From Fibrobacteria bacterium (GTDB taxonomy: Bacteria > Fibrobacterota > Fibrobacteria > UBA11236), in NCBI GenBank assembly GCA_043732185.1, contig JAYTHY010000088.1, positions 3,410 through 67,409 of the forward strand: a stretch of 64,000 nt of DNA. The letters are read 5' to 3'. Numbering within the stretch: position 1 is the stretch's first letter; each line of letters opens with the position of its first letter. The translations under genes were made by a program, and so were the position numbers. This document shows, piece after piece, positions 35,832 through 45,116 of the stretch. The notes below the pieces were generated by a model that did no database searches, was not told the DNA's origin, and was given only the letters and a program-made list of their open reading frames with translations.

Positions 35832-37979
35832 ATGAGACCTCTGGATAACTTGCGTAATATCGGAATCAGTGCCCATATCGATTCGGGCAAAACCACACTT
35901 ACGGAACGCATACTCTTTTACACCGGCATCATTCATCAAATCCATGAAGTAAAAGGAAAAGATGGCGTCGGTGCTACCATGGACTCGATGGATCTGGAGC
36001 GCGAACGCGGCATCACCATTCAGTCTGCTTGCACGCGTGTACAATGGGGCAAGCACCCATATTACTTGGCGGATTCAGAAGTAAACGAAACCAATATCAA
36101 TATCATCGACACACCTGGGCATGTGGATTTTACCATTGAAGTGGAACGTTCCTTGCGCGTGCTCGACGGTGCCATTCTGGTTTTATGCGGCGTGTCCGGC
36201 GTACAGTCCCAATCCATTACGGTCGATCGCCAGATGCGCAGGTACAATGTTCCGCGCGTGGCTTTCATCAATAAGCTGGATCGCTCCGGAGCCAACCCCT
36301 ACAAGGTCATTGACCAATTGCGCGAAAAGCTCAATCACAATGCCGTAGCTGTACAGATTCCTATCGGCTTGGAAGACAAGCATGATGGGCTTGTTGATTT
36401 GCTCACTATGAAAGCCTATCGATTCTCAGGGGCCAACGGTGAAATCAAAACCGAGGTTCCGATTCCGGAGGATATTGCTGAAACGGCAAAGGAACGCCGG
36501 GTCACACTTCTGGATGCACTTTCCATTTTCTCCGACGAGCTTATGGAATTGGTTCTGGAAGAAAAGGAAATCCCTCTCAACCTTTTGAAAGACGTGATTC
36601 GCGCTGCAACCATCCGCATGGAGCTGACTCCCGTGTTCATGGGTTCCGCTTTTAAAAACAAGGGTGTACAACTGCTTCTGGACGGCGTTGTGGACTTTCT
36701 TCCAAGCCCGTACGATGTTAAAAATTATGCCCTCGACATCACCACCAAAAGCGAAGAGAAAGTGGAAATCATTTCCGATTCCACCTTGCCATTCGTTGGT
36801 TATGCCTTCAAACTGGAAGAAGGCCGTTTCGGTCAGTTGACGTACCTGCGTATTTATCAGGGCCGTGTGGACAAGGGCAAACCTATTTTCAATATGAGCA
36901 CCAAGAAGAAGCATAACGTCGGCCGTTTGGTTCGTATGCATGCCAATGAAATGGGCGAAATCCAAAGTGCAGAATCCGGCGATATCGTCGCCTTGTTCGG
37001 CATCGATTGCGCAACGGGTACCACCTTTACGGATGGCAATGTTGAAGTCAATATGACTTCCATGCATGTACCCAACGCAGTTATTGATTTGGTGATCGAA
37101 GCCAAAAACCGCGACCATCTTGCCAATCTTTCCAAAGCGCTCAATCGATTTACAAAAGAAGACCCTACCTTCCGCGTCAAACTGGACGAGGAAAGTGGTC
37201 AGACCATTATTTCTGGTATGGGTGAGCTTCATCTCGAAGTGTATATCGAGCGCATGCGCCGAGAATACGGCGTGGATTTGACGACTGGGCGCCCTCAAGT
37301 AGCCTATCGCGAAACCATCAACCAACGTGCCGATTTCAATTACACCCATAAAAAGCAGACCGGTGGCTCTGGCCAATACGCCAAAGTAGCTGGTTATATT
37401 GAACCCATTTTGGCCACGGAAGAAGTTCCTGAACCGCCGGACTATGAATTTGTCGATGATATCGTCGGTGGCTCTATCCCACGCGAATTCATCCCTTCCT
37501 GTGACAAAGGATTCCGGGCCTGTTTGACTTTTGGTGCCATCATCGGCTTCCCGATTGTGAACGTACGCGCGGTCATCAATGACGGGGCCATGCATCCGGT
37601 TGATTCCAGCGATATCGCTTTCCAATTGGCAGCCCGTGGAGGCTTCCGTGAAGCCTATTCCCGTGCCAAGCCACAAGTTCTTGAGCCGATCATGAAGCTG
37701 GAAGTCTCCACCCCGACCGAGTTCCAAGGCTCGGTAGTGGGTCAGATCAACCAGAAGCGCGGCGTCATTACTGGATCTACAGAGGAACAAAACTTTACCA
37801 TCGTATCGGCAGAAGTGCCCTTGGCGGAAATGTTTGGCTATGCCACTCAAATCCGCTCTTTGACGCAAGGTAAAGCCGAGTTTACGATGGAATTCTTGAA
37901 GTACTCTCCCGTGCCTAAGAACGTGGGTGAAGAGTTGATCAAGAAGTACAGCTCCAACGCGTCCAAGCGTCTGGAGTAA
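35832..37979 (+). CDS. fusA: elongation factor G, mitochondrial-EFG1/spd-type paralogue
   Basis: 715 aa with G1-G4 motifs ([21 protein letters not shown]). The blocks [48 protein letters not shown] and [15 protein letters not shown] closely resemble mitochondrial EF-G1 (from memory). It is not in a str-operon context. Confidence 0.9.
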   Translation: MRPLDNLRNIGISAHIDSGKTTLTERILFYTGIIHQIHEVKGKDGVGATMDSMDLERERGITIQSACTRVQWGKHPYYLADSEVNETNINIIDTPGHVDFTIEVERSLRVLDGAILVLCGVSGVQSQSITVDRQMRRYNVPRVAFINKLDRSGANPYKVIDQLREKLNHNAVAVQIPIGLEDKHDGLVDLLTMKAYRFSGANGEIKTEVPIPEDIAETAKERRVTLLDALSIFSDELMELVLEEKEIPLNLLKDVIRAATIRMELTPVFMGSAFKNKGVQLLLDGVVDFLPSPYDVKNYALDITTKSEEKVEIISDSTLPFVGYAFKLEEGRFGQLTYLRIYQGRVDKGKPIFNMSTKKKHNVGRLVRMHANEMGEIQSAESGDIVALFGIDCATGTTFTDGNVEVNMTSMHVPNAVIDLVIEAKNRDHLANLSKALNRFTKEDPTFRVKLDEESGQTIISGMGELHLEVYIERMRREYGVDLTTGRPQVAYRETINQRADFNYTHKKQTGGSGQYAKVAGYIEPILATEEVPEPPDYEFVDDIVGGSIPREFIPSCDKGFRACLTFGAIIGFPIVNVRAVINDGAMHPVDSSDIAFQLAARGGFREAYSRAKPQVLEPIMKLEVSTPTEFQGSVVGQINQKRGVITGSTEEQNFTIVSAEVPLAEMFGYATQIRSLTQGKAEFTMEFLKYSPVPKNVGEELIKKYSSNASKRLE

Positions 37980-37981
37980 GT

Positions 37982-38000
37982 GGCTAACCTCGCGTTAGCC
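37982..38000. terminator. short hairpin between convergent fusA-like and primase-like genes
   Basis: GGCTAAC (37982-37988), loop CTCGC, then GTTAGCC (37994-38000). It overlaps the stop of the minus-strand gene. There is no clear U-tract. Confidence 0.3.
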
Positions 38001-39083
38001 CTTTCGGAACCATTCGTTCAGATCCATTCCTTTGGGAGGCGCAAGCCTCCTTACATCTACGCCATGAGCTTTTAGAATCTCCATGGTTTTAAGGGCACCG
38101 GACTCTCCAGGTGCGTCCGGATCGTAAGCAACGTGCACGGTTTTGTTTGCGAATAAATCAGCCCAATGCGGTTTGAAAATAGCCGCTCCAGGAACTCCCA
38201 CGGCAGGAAACCCTTGTTCAATCAGGGTAAGCGTGTCAATGATGCCTTCGCATAGGTAGATTTGGCCGGGCACTCCATCGAGTACGCGGCAGTTATATGG
38301 CAAGGGAATATGTCCGGACATGGAGAGTTCCTTGGGGCGCACATCGGCATCGATAGCGCGCGCTTGCATATACACCGGTTGCCCAGACTGATTGTAATAC
38401 GGAAAAAGCAATGGATGTCGATAGTAGCGTAGGTGACCGGCTGCATTGAAGAATCCCGTGCGCTCCAAATCGGCTAGGCTGAAATCTGCCTCCAATTTGC
38501 GACTCACTTCGGAATAATTTTGGATCATTCGCAATCCTTGCCTGTCCCAAGTGCGTTTGAAAATGCGCCGTTTTACCAGGTACTGGCCCACTCTTCCGCT
38601 TAAAGGTGTACATGCGACTAGCAACGCTTTCAAAATTGCGTGACGCAGCAACTCATCCTGGGACTCCACGGGAACTGGCGCACGGGATGACGCCACGGAA
38701 CCGGATTCATTTAGTACAGGGTGCGGCATGACCAGGGGCAAGATGGGCTCGGTTAAATCCGTTTCGTTATAGATAGCGATTGGATGAACGATGCCTGGAT
38801 GTTTTCTTTTTAAGAAGACCAAGGCTTCTGGAAAAGTACAGCCCCGTGCCAATCGAACCAGATCAATGCTGTCGCCTTTCACATCCGGACACACCCAACA
38901 CTTGAAGCTGCCACGTTCGGGCCAGATGGTTACGGAAGGGCTTTTATCTCCATGGGAGTGGTTTTCCGGACGTAGACAGCGGATACGGTTATTGAGTACC
39001 GGTATTCCCAAATCGTGCAGGACCTCAAGAATCGGGTAGTCCGCCTTCAGCTTATCAATATCGGCCTTGTCCATGGGGATCAA
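37995..39083 (-). CDS. compact CHC2 zinc-finger / Toprim primase-like protein (second DnaG-like gene)
   Basis: CHC2-like finger C-LRPENH-SHGDKSPSVTIWPERGSFKCWVC. DnaG-core-like stretch HLRYYRHPLLFPYYNQSGQPVYMQARAID....PKELSMSG. Toprim block IYLCEGIIDTLTLIEQG...VAYDPDAPGESGA. No helicase-binding C-terminal domain. The track start is a TTG at 39083; an ATG lies at 39074. Confidence 0.7.
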   Translation of the reverse strand: MIPMDKADIDKLKADYPILEVLHDLGIPVLNNRIRCLRPENHSHGDKSPSVTIWPERGSFKCWVCPDVKGDSIDLVRLARGCTFPEALVFLKRKHPGIVHPIAIYNETDLTEPILPLVMPHPVLNESGSVASSRAPVPVESQDELLRHAILKALLVACTPLSGRVGQYLVKRRIFKRTWDRQGLRMIQNYSEVSRKLEADFSLADLERTGFFNAAGHLRYYRHPLLFPYYNQSGQPVYMQARAIDADVRPKELSMSGHIPLPYNCRVLDGVPGQIYLCEGIIDTLTLIEQGFPAVGVPGAAIFKPHWADLFANKTVHVAYDPDAPGESGALKTMEILKAHGVDVRRLAPPKGMDLNEWFRKG

Positions 39084-39104
39084 AAGATAAAAATCGACAT
39101 CTGA

Positions 39105-40013
39105 TTGCTACTTTTCCCCGCTGCCATGTCCATTGTTATCCGTGAATATGTTCCCTTGGCGGACTATATCTCCTTTAAGGTGGGAGGGCCCGCGCGCTTT
39201 TTCTGTGAGCCCGGCACATCTGCAGAATTCTGCGAAGCCCTAGTTTGGGCCCAGCAAAAAAACCTGGACGTGTACATTCTGGGAAAAGGCACCAATTTGG
39301 TTTTTTCGGACCTTGGATATCCAGGTCTCATTCTCTATACGGGCAAATCGTTTCAAGAGATCGCGTGGGTGGAAAATCGCGTGACCGTGCAAGCCGGTGC
39401 GTTATTGCATACTGTTGTCACGCAAAGTGTCCATCGCGGATTGGCAGGCATCCAACATTTGGCGGGCATACCCGGCACCATGGGCGGTGGGACCTATATC
39501 AACGCCGGGGCCTTTGGGCAGGAGCTCAAAGAATCCATTGTGTCCGTAACTTCGGTGACACTGAAAGGAAAGCGGATGGAACGATCCAATGCCGAATGCG
39601 GATTTGGTTATCGGCACTCTCGTTTTTTTGATTTCGAAGAAATCATTCTTGAGACCGTATTGGAATTGAAGTCCGGTGACGCAGCAGCATTGCACAGTGA
39701 AATGCTGGAAACCCTCCGCCGTCGTAAGGACAAACAGCCCCTGCAATTACCCAATGCCGGCAGCATGTTCAAGCGCCCGCCGGGGCAATACGCCGGGGTG
39801 CTTATCGAACAAGCCGGGCTCAAGGGCCTGCGCTTGGGCGGCGCCATGATTTCCGAAAAGCACGCTAATTTTACGGTGAATGCCGGGGGCGCTACGGCCC
39901 AAGATATTTTCGATTTGACTGAACAAGTTATCGGCCAGGTGCGAGACCATTCCGGAACGACTTTGGAACGCGAAGTCATTTTTATCGGCGACTTTTTGCC
40001 GTGGCCCAGATGA
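39105..40013 (+). CDS. murB: UDP-N-acetylenolpyruvoylglucosamine reductase
   Basis: FKVGGPARFF, ILGKGTNLVFSD, RHSRF and NAGSMFKRP blocks. Start at a TTG (39105) or an ATG (39126). Confidence 0.92.
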   Translation: MLLFPAAMSIVIREYVPLADYISFKVGGPARFFCEPGTSAEFCEALVWAQQKNLDVYILGKGTNLVFSDLGYPGLILYTGKSFQEIAWVENRVTVQAGALLHTVVTQSVHRGLAGIQHLAGIPGTMGGGTYINAGAFGQELKESIVSVTSVTLKGKRMERSNAECGFGYRHSRFFDFEEIILETVLELKSGDAAALHSEMLETLRRRKDKQPLQLPNAGSMFKRPPGQYAGVLIEQAGLKGLRLGGAMISEKHANFTVNAGGATAQDIFDLTEQVIGQVRDHSGTTLEREVIFIGDFLPWPR

Positions 40014-40630
40014 GACGCTACTGGATTTTGACCGGCGCGATGCTGGCGTTTTTCTTGGCCACCTTCGGCATCATGGAAGCCATGCATGTATCCTTCCTGC
40101 AAGATCCCACCCAGTGGATGCAAGGCTATGGGGGATGGGGCGCGGCGGCTTTGGGTGTCGGGCTGCTCATCGCGGATGTTTTCTTACCTGTACCTTCCAG
40201 TTTGGTTATGATAGCCCATGGGGCCTTGTTTGGAATTCCTATCGGCACGGCTCTCTCCCTAGTGGGTAGCGTTGGCGCCGCCTGGTTGGGATTTGGAGTC
40301 GGCCGCCGCGGTGGACCCATGTTGGCTCGCATGGTTACACCATCGGAAATGGTCAAAGCCGACGGATTACTTAAAAAATGGGGAGCGATGGCCATCGTCA
40401 TCACACGGCCTATTCCATTGCTTGCGGAAACCGTTTCCATATTAGCCGGGGCTTCGCCGATGAGTTGGGGAAAGTTGACCTTGGCCAGTGTGGCGGGTTC
40501 ATTGCCGGCAGCGCTTTTATACGCCTTGACGGGAGCAACCGCAAAAGGATTTGCCAATAGCATTCTCATGTTTGGTGTAGTCATTTTGATCGCGGGGATT
40601 TTTTGGCTGGTAGGCAAAAGGATATCGTAA
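40001..40630 (+). CDS. TVP38/TMEM64 (DedA-related, VTT domain) membrane protein
   Basis: 209 aa, polytopic. FLPVPSSLVMIAHGALFG...GSVGAAWLGFGVGRRGG...ITRPIPLLAETVSILAGAS blocks. It overlaps the murB end by 13 nt. Confidence 0.75.
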   Translation: MAQMRRYWILTGAMLAFFLATFGIMEAMHVSFLQDPTQWMQGYGGWGAAALGVGLLIADVFLPVPSSLVMIAHGALFGIPIGTALSLVGSVGAAWLGFGVGRRGGPMLARMVTPSEMVKADGLLKKWGAMAIVITRPIPLLAETVSILAGASPMSWGKLTLASVAGSLPAALLYALTGATAKGFANSILMFGVVILIAGIFWLVGKRIS

Positions 40631-40641
40631 AGGGAAATCAA

Positions 40642-41538
40642 ATGGCAATAAGCATTAAAAAGATTGAATTCAATGGATTGGAAGCGATGGAGGTGACAAC
40701 CTCCAAAGCCCGTCTGGTTGTGATCACCTCCATGGGACCGCGTATAGCGTATTTCGGAACACGGCAGGGCCGCAATTTGCTGTTTTGGGATTATCCGGGA
40801 AAGTATCACCGAGGACAATGGCGCCTGATGGGCGGCCATCGCATTTGGGCAACCCGGCCCATGGCGGATGAAAGCGAAGAATCCTACGCGGATGACAATG
40901 GCCCATGCAAGGTACGCGTAAGCGCTCGCGGGCTGGAGGTACAAGGCCAAAGCCACCCCATTTTCAAAATCCACAAGTCCATGGGTATCAAGGTTAACGC
41001 GGATGATACCTTTACAATCGAGAATCGAATCACGAATGATTCTGAAATGGTATGGTCGGGAGGGATTTGGAGTCTGACCTGTACGCTACCAAAAGCGAAT
41101 ACCTCATACGGCATTCCTTTGGGACGAGCGGGGGAGTGGGATATCTTTTCCATTGTCATTCCAAGACGCTGGGCCGGAGCGCAGTCCACTAAAGTGAATG
41201 ACAATGCCCTGCGCTATACGGAGGACTGCCTTATTTTACGTCCCAAGGGGATTATCAGCAAGCGCATGGTGCAAGCCCCGCAGGGCATTATGGGCATGAC
41301 GGATCCGAGTGAAAAAATTTCCTTCATCAAACACTCACCGTTTTTGGAAGGAGCCAATTATCCCTGGAATTGTAATATCGCTTACTATTCCGGCAAGGGA
41401 AATTTCATGGTCGAGATGGAGAATATGGGCCCGGACCAAGGGGTGCTGCCGGGCGGCACCATCAGCAGTAAGGAAACTTGGATGTTACGTAAGCCGGTGG
41501 ATTGGGGCCGACTAAAAGGGGTTTTTACGGTCAAATGA
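40642..41538 (+). CDS. DUF4380-like (mutarotase-fold?) hypothetical protein
   Basis: ATG at 40642, 11 nt after the upstream stop. The GPRIAYFG....NLLFW and LMGGHRIWATRPMADESEESYADDNGP blocks recall DUF4380 (from memory). Confidence 0.45.
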   Translation: MAISIKKIEFNGLEAMEVTTSKARLVVITSMGPRIAYFGTRQGRNLLFWDYPGKYHRGQWRLMGGHRIWATRPMADESEESYADDNGPCKVRVSARGLEVQGQSHPIFKIHKSMGIKVNADDTFTIENRITNDSEMVWSGGIWSLTCTLPKANTSYGIPLGRAGEWDIFSIVIPRRWAGAQSTKVNDNALRYTEDCLILRPKGIISKRMVQAPQGIMGMTDPSEKISFIKHSPFLEGANYPWNCNIAYYSGKGNFMVEMENMGPDQGVLPGGTISSKETWMLRKPVDWGRLKGVFTVK

Positions 41539-41830
41539 TAATGGGGCTACCGGGCAGCGTCACGGGCTGGAAACCTGCTCGACCAGCGGGAAGTTCCAGT
41601 TTGCTTCGATCGATTTTTACCACTACCCATTGTCCATTGCGGCGTTCAATTTCCGTATAGACGGATTTGAATGGGCCGGTTCCTCCATCCCCACCATAGC
41701 CGAAGCGACTGCCTTCCCAGGCTATCTCCGGAATATTCCTGGCGAGTAGAAAGGCTTCTCCCATGCGCGCTATATCGGCTGGCTGCGTATGATCACAGGC
41801 TCCCTCGGCTGGTTTTTTTCCGGGCTCCAT
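41531..41830 (-). CDS. small hypothetical cytoplasmic protein (99 aa)
   Basis: I moved the start to the ATG at 41830 because AAGGAG (41838-41843, minus strand) lies 7 nt upstream of it. No signal peptide and no recognisable domain. It overlaps the convergent gene end by 8 nt. Confidence 0.45.
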   Translation of the reverse strand: MEPGKKPAEGACDHTQPADIARMGEAFLLARNIPEIAWEGSRFGYGGDGGTGPFKSVYTEIERRNGQWVVVKIDRSKLELPAGRAGFQPVTLPGSPIII

Positions 41831-41928
41831 AGGTCTGCTCCTTTGTGTCTCAAAACTAACCATTATTGGCTACTATTGTTGTGGTTCTGGCGCTGGCTAG
41901 CGGGCATTGAGGGGAAGGGGAGTGGTGC

Positions 41929-43524
41929 ATGGGATTGGGAATGTGGACAGACCTGCTGCAAGGAAAAGGCCGGGAATTCCTGGAGCAAACTGTGTTCCTG
42001 GACAGCCTGCCTCGTTGCCGGTGGTTTGGGGGTAAGAGCCGGTCCATTCACAACGTGCTCATTCAAGACTGGATATTGCCTTATGAAACTTCTGATTGGA
42101 TCTGGCTCATCCTTCGAATTGATTTTAGGGAAGGGGGTCCGGAAATCTATTCCCTGCCTTTGACCCAAGCGCAACTTTCAAGTTCGGCCGCCCAAAACAT
42201 GCGAATGCAAAATCCTTCGGCAATTTTGGCGGAAGTTGGAATAGCAGAGGGGCAAGCACTAAACTTGCAGCCGGTTATTTTATACGAGGCGGCATTTGAT
42301 CCCGATTTTAGAAGTCGAATTTTAGAGTGCATTACTTCACGTAGTACATGGCAAGGCCATTTGGGTACTTTGCAAGGGCACGGCCTTCCCGATTTATTCC
42401 TTGAACCCCTAAGCGAAGTTCAAAAGACATCGCATGTACTCAAAGTGGAACAGAGCAATACCGCACTCATTTATCCAGGGAGGATTTTTTTCAAAATCTT
42501 GAGACGCTTGGAAGCAGGTGAACATCCTGAATTGGAAATCCTCCGCTTTCTCAATGAAAAGACAACCTTTCGCCATGCCCCGCCCTTATTGGGTTGGCTT
42601 GAATACACGATTGTCGGACAACCAGCTTACATATTCGGCATTGCCGAGGGCCTGGTACCCCATCAGCAGGGCGCTTGGGATTTTGCGTTAGCATCAGCCA
42701 ACCGGTATATCGATAGTTTACTGATTCATCGAACCCATTTGGAGGCGATGCCTAAGTCGGAGGCTATTTTGCCGCTGGAATTTGCCCGTCTCCTGGGCCG
42801 CCGGACTGCGGAATTGCATCACGCCTTGGCTTCTCATCCTGAGCACCCAGGATTTTCTGTAGAATTTTACTCACCTCAAGATAAAGCACTTTGGCTACAA
42901 AACCTCAAAGTAAAAGTGGCGAGGGTATTGGATGATCTGGGCAAGGTGCTGCCAACCCATTCTGAAGAAAGCGCGGAATTGGGCCGTGCCGTATTGAATT
43001 CCCGAGTCCGGATTTTGGAAGCCATTGCGGAACTTGAGAATGATCCCATTGAAATTCCAAAAACTCGAGTTCACGGAGACTTCCATTTGGGCCAAGTCCT
43101 TTGTACGGATCATGATGTAGTGATTCTGGATTTTGAGGGTGAGCCAGCGCGATCCCTACTGGAAAGAACCGGCCTGCGGTCACCTTGGTGTGATGTAGCT
43201 GGTATGATCCGGTCCTTCGACTACGCGATTCATTCCGCCTGGCCTGGGGGCCGAATAAACGGGGCCACAGAAGACAAAGATTTGTTTTTGGTTTTAGAAC
43301 CTTGGGTTGAGCTCTGGCCAAAGCAATTGGCCGCTGCGTTTCTTGAGGCCTATTCGAAGACTTTGGGAAATTCCGCATCTTTTCCGATGACACAACAAAG
43401 AGAGGTTCTGCTGCGCACATTTTTACTCGAAAAGGCTGTTTATGAACTGGAGTATGAACTGAACAATCGGCCTACATGGACGCATATACCCATGCTGGGA
43501 ATTCTCAATTTACTCTCCACCTGA
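41929..43524 (+). CDS. maltokinase-like kinase (Mak/Pep2, aminoglycoside-phosphotransferase fold)
   Basis: N-terminal cap motif LPRCRWFGGKSRSI. Catalytic block TRVHGDFHLGQVLCTDHDVVILDFEGEP and C-terminal LEKAVYELEYELNNRP. Confidence 0.75.
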   Translation: MGLGMWTDLLQGKGREFLEQTVFLDSLPRCRWFGGKSRSIHNVLIQDWILPYETSDWIWLILRIDFREGGPEIYSLPLTQAQLSSSAAQNMRMQNPSAILAEVGIAEGQALNLQPVILYEAAFDPDFRSRILECITSRSTWQGHLGTLQGHGLPDLFLEPLSEVQKTSHVLKVEQSNTALIYPGRIFFKILRRLEAGEHPELEILRFLNEKTTFRHAPPLLGWLEYTIVGQPAYIFGIAEGLVPHQQGAWDFALASANRYIDSLLIHRTHLEAMPKSEAILPLEFARLLGRRTAELHHALASHPEHPGFSVEFYSPQDKALWLQNLKVKVARVLDDLGKVLPTHSEESAELGRAVLNSRVRILEAIAELENDPIEIPKTRVHGDFHLGQVLCTDHDVVILDFEGEPARSLLERTGLRSPWCDVAGMIRSFDYAIHSAWPGGRINGATEDKDLFLVLEPWVELWPKQLAAAFLEAYSKTLGNSASFPMTQQREVLLRTFLLEKAVYELEYELNNRPTWTHIPMLGILNLLST

Positions 43525-43696
43525 TATTCAAGGGTGAAAAACTCCAAGCAAACTCCATGCTCCCAAGTTTCGCCAGCTCCATTGCCACAGCCGCTGCGAG
43601 CCCTGTGAGCAACCTCACAACCTGATACATCGCTTTAAGTTTTTCTTTCAGTTCTCACATTCCTGTCCGATAATGATAAGGAACAGGGAGAACACA

Positions 43697-44560
43697 ATGC
43701 ACAACTTGAAAATCAGCCTCGCAAAAACATTCATCACTTTCCTCACCCCGGCCTTGTTCGTCAATTGCGGCCAAAGCCCTGCGGCAGTAGCCGACCGAGC
43801 CGATTCCCAGGAAAACTTCGGTGTTGTCAAATCTTCCGTCATGCTGGGAAAAATAGGAGCCTTGGGTAAAGGTTCAGCCATCAATTTGCAGAAGTTGATA
43901 TTGACTGCGGTTTCCAGTGCTACTCCCGCGGACACTGTGCGGGATACGGCAACCATCTCAGGTAACGATGCAGTAACGGTGCTTCGTACGTTAACACTAA
44001 AACCATTGCGCAATTGGGTCGTCAGCGCCAAGAGTCTGGACACTAAAGATTCCGTCATCCACTCTGGTTCCACTGCATCGTTTTTCGTGAAGCCGGCGGA
44101 TACGTCCGGAGTAACCTTGAATCTCACCTCGCGCTTTTCAATGTATCAAGCTAATTTCAACAGCCTTCCCGACAGCATCAGCTCTTCCACATCCGGTACC
44201 GGCAAGGACAAACTGAAATTGAACCGGGTACTTCTTAAAGTGGATGGCGTTATTATGAGCGATTCGGTTTTGGCTTCAGGATTCTATGCAGCGGGTCAGA
44301 ACGTCAGCGTCTTTTTTGACTACATCACGCCAGGCACGCATAGCGTAACCTTGGAAGCCTATGGCGTTCTAAATACCTACTCCGGTATATTGTACAGTGG
44401 TGCTTCTTCCTTCACCGTGGCTGCCGGCATCGATGATACCAAGGCCGTGACCCTGAATTGGATGGGACCTACTACTGGAACGGGTAAACTGACGGTTGTC
44501 ATCGGCAAAGTCGGAAAAGTCATCGTGAACGGTACCTTGCCGGGTACTATACTCAACTAA
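43697..44560 (+). CDS. hypothetical lipoprotein
   Basis: ATG at 43697, 6 nt after AGGGAG. Lipobox ALFVNC. The mature part is Ser/Thr/Val-rich and beta-like. No recognisable domain. Confidence 0.55.
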   Translation: MHNLKISLAKTFITFLTPALFVNCGQSPAAVADRADSQENFGVVKSSVMLGKIGALGKGSAINLQKLILTAVSSATPADTVRDTATISGNDAVTVLRTLTLKPLRNWVVSAKSLDTKDSVIHSGSTASFFVKPADTSGVTLNLTSRFSMYQANFNSLPDSISSSTSGTGKDKLKLNRVLLKVDGVIMSDSVLASGFYAAGQNVSVFFDYITPGTHSVTLEAYGVLNTYSGILYSGASSFTVAAGIDDTKAVTLNWMGPTTGTGKLTVVIGKVGKVIVNGTLPGTILN

Positions 44561-44570
44561 ATAGACGCAA

Positions 44571-45116
44571 CTAAATTTTTGATTGCTTGGATAGCCCGAA
44601 CAGTTGGATTTTATAACGGTTGATGCGGAAGCCCTCTTTACGGGCTAAAGCAGTTAATACCTCGTCCAGTTTCGGGCTATTTACTTCTTTCACATCTCCC
44701 GTGTCGGTGCAAATGAGATGCACATGGGGCTTGCTTCCCAGGCTTATCTCGTAGTGGGTGTGCCCATGGCCGAAGTCCGACTCGGAGAGTATGCCTGCCT
44801 CTACCATCTGATTGAGAGACCGGTATAGAGTAGCGCGAGAAACCTTCACTTCCTGCTTCTTCATTTCAAAGACGAGTTCATCCGCACTGAAATGCCCGTC
44901 CTGCGCGAAGATAAAATCCAGGAGGTGTGTTCGTTCCTTGGTAAAGAACATTTTCTTTTTTTTCAGATAGGCGGAATAAAGCTCGCGGGCATCGGAAAGG
45001 GTTTTCGCTTTGGATTCCACAGGAGCAAAGATAGGAATGTGGACTACGGGATTGTGGATTCTTTTTGGAGGGATGTCATCAAATTGTGGGCGGTAAAAAT
45101 TCGAAAAACAGGACAC
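44571..45116 (-). CDS. Fur-family metalloregulator (lacks the Cys4 structural site)
   Basis: Winged-helix block FTKERTHLLDFIF....HFSADELVFEM......VSRATLYRSLNQMVEAGIL. His-rich metal site HGHTHYE...HVHLIC. There is only one Cys in the Fur domain. The start is uncertain, and the track ORF overlaps the upstream gene by 38 nt. Confidence 0.75.
   Translation of the reverse strand: MSCFSNFYRPQFDDIPPKRIHNPVVHIPIFAPVESKAKTLSDARELYSAYLKKKKMFFTKERTHLLDFIFAQDGHFSADELVFEMKKQEVKVSRATLYRSLNQMVEAGILSESDFGHGHTHYEISLGSKPHVHLICTDTGDVKEVNSPKLDEVLTALARKEGFRINRYKIQLFGLSKQSKI

Noticed and set aside
36426-37868. 480-aa ORF antisense to the EF-G gene
   Set aside because: It lies entirely inside, and opposite to, a strongly conserved EF-G coding frame. 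The composition is not protein-like (Phe/Gly/His-rich, no motifs). Long antisense ORFs are a typical artefact of codon-biased conserved genes.
40126-40974. 282-aa minus-strand ORF
   Set aside because: It is antisense to the TVP38-family and DUF4380-like genes, which have clear family motifs and operon context. Its sequence is low-complexity (Ala/Pro-rich).
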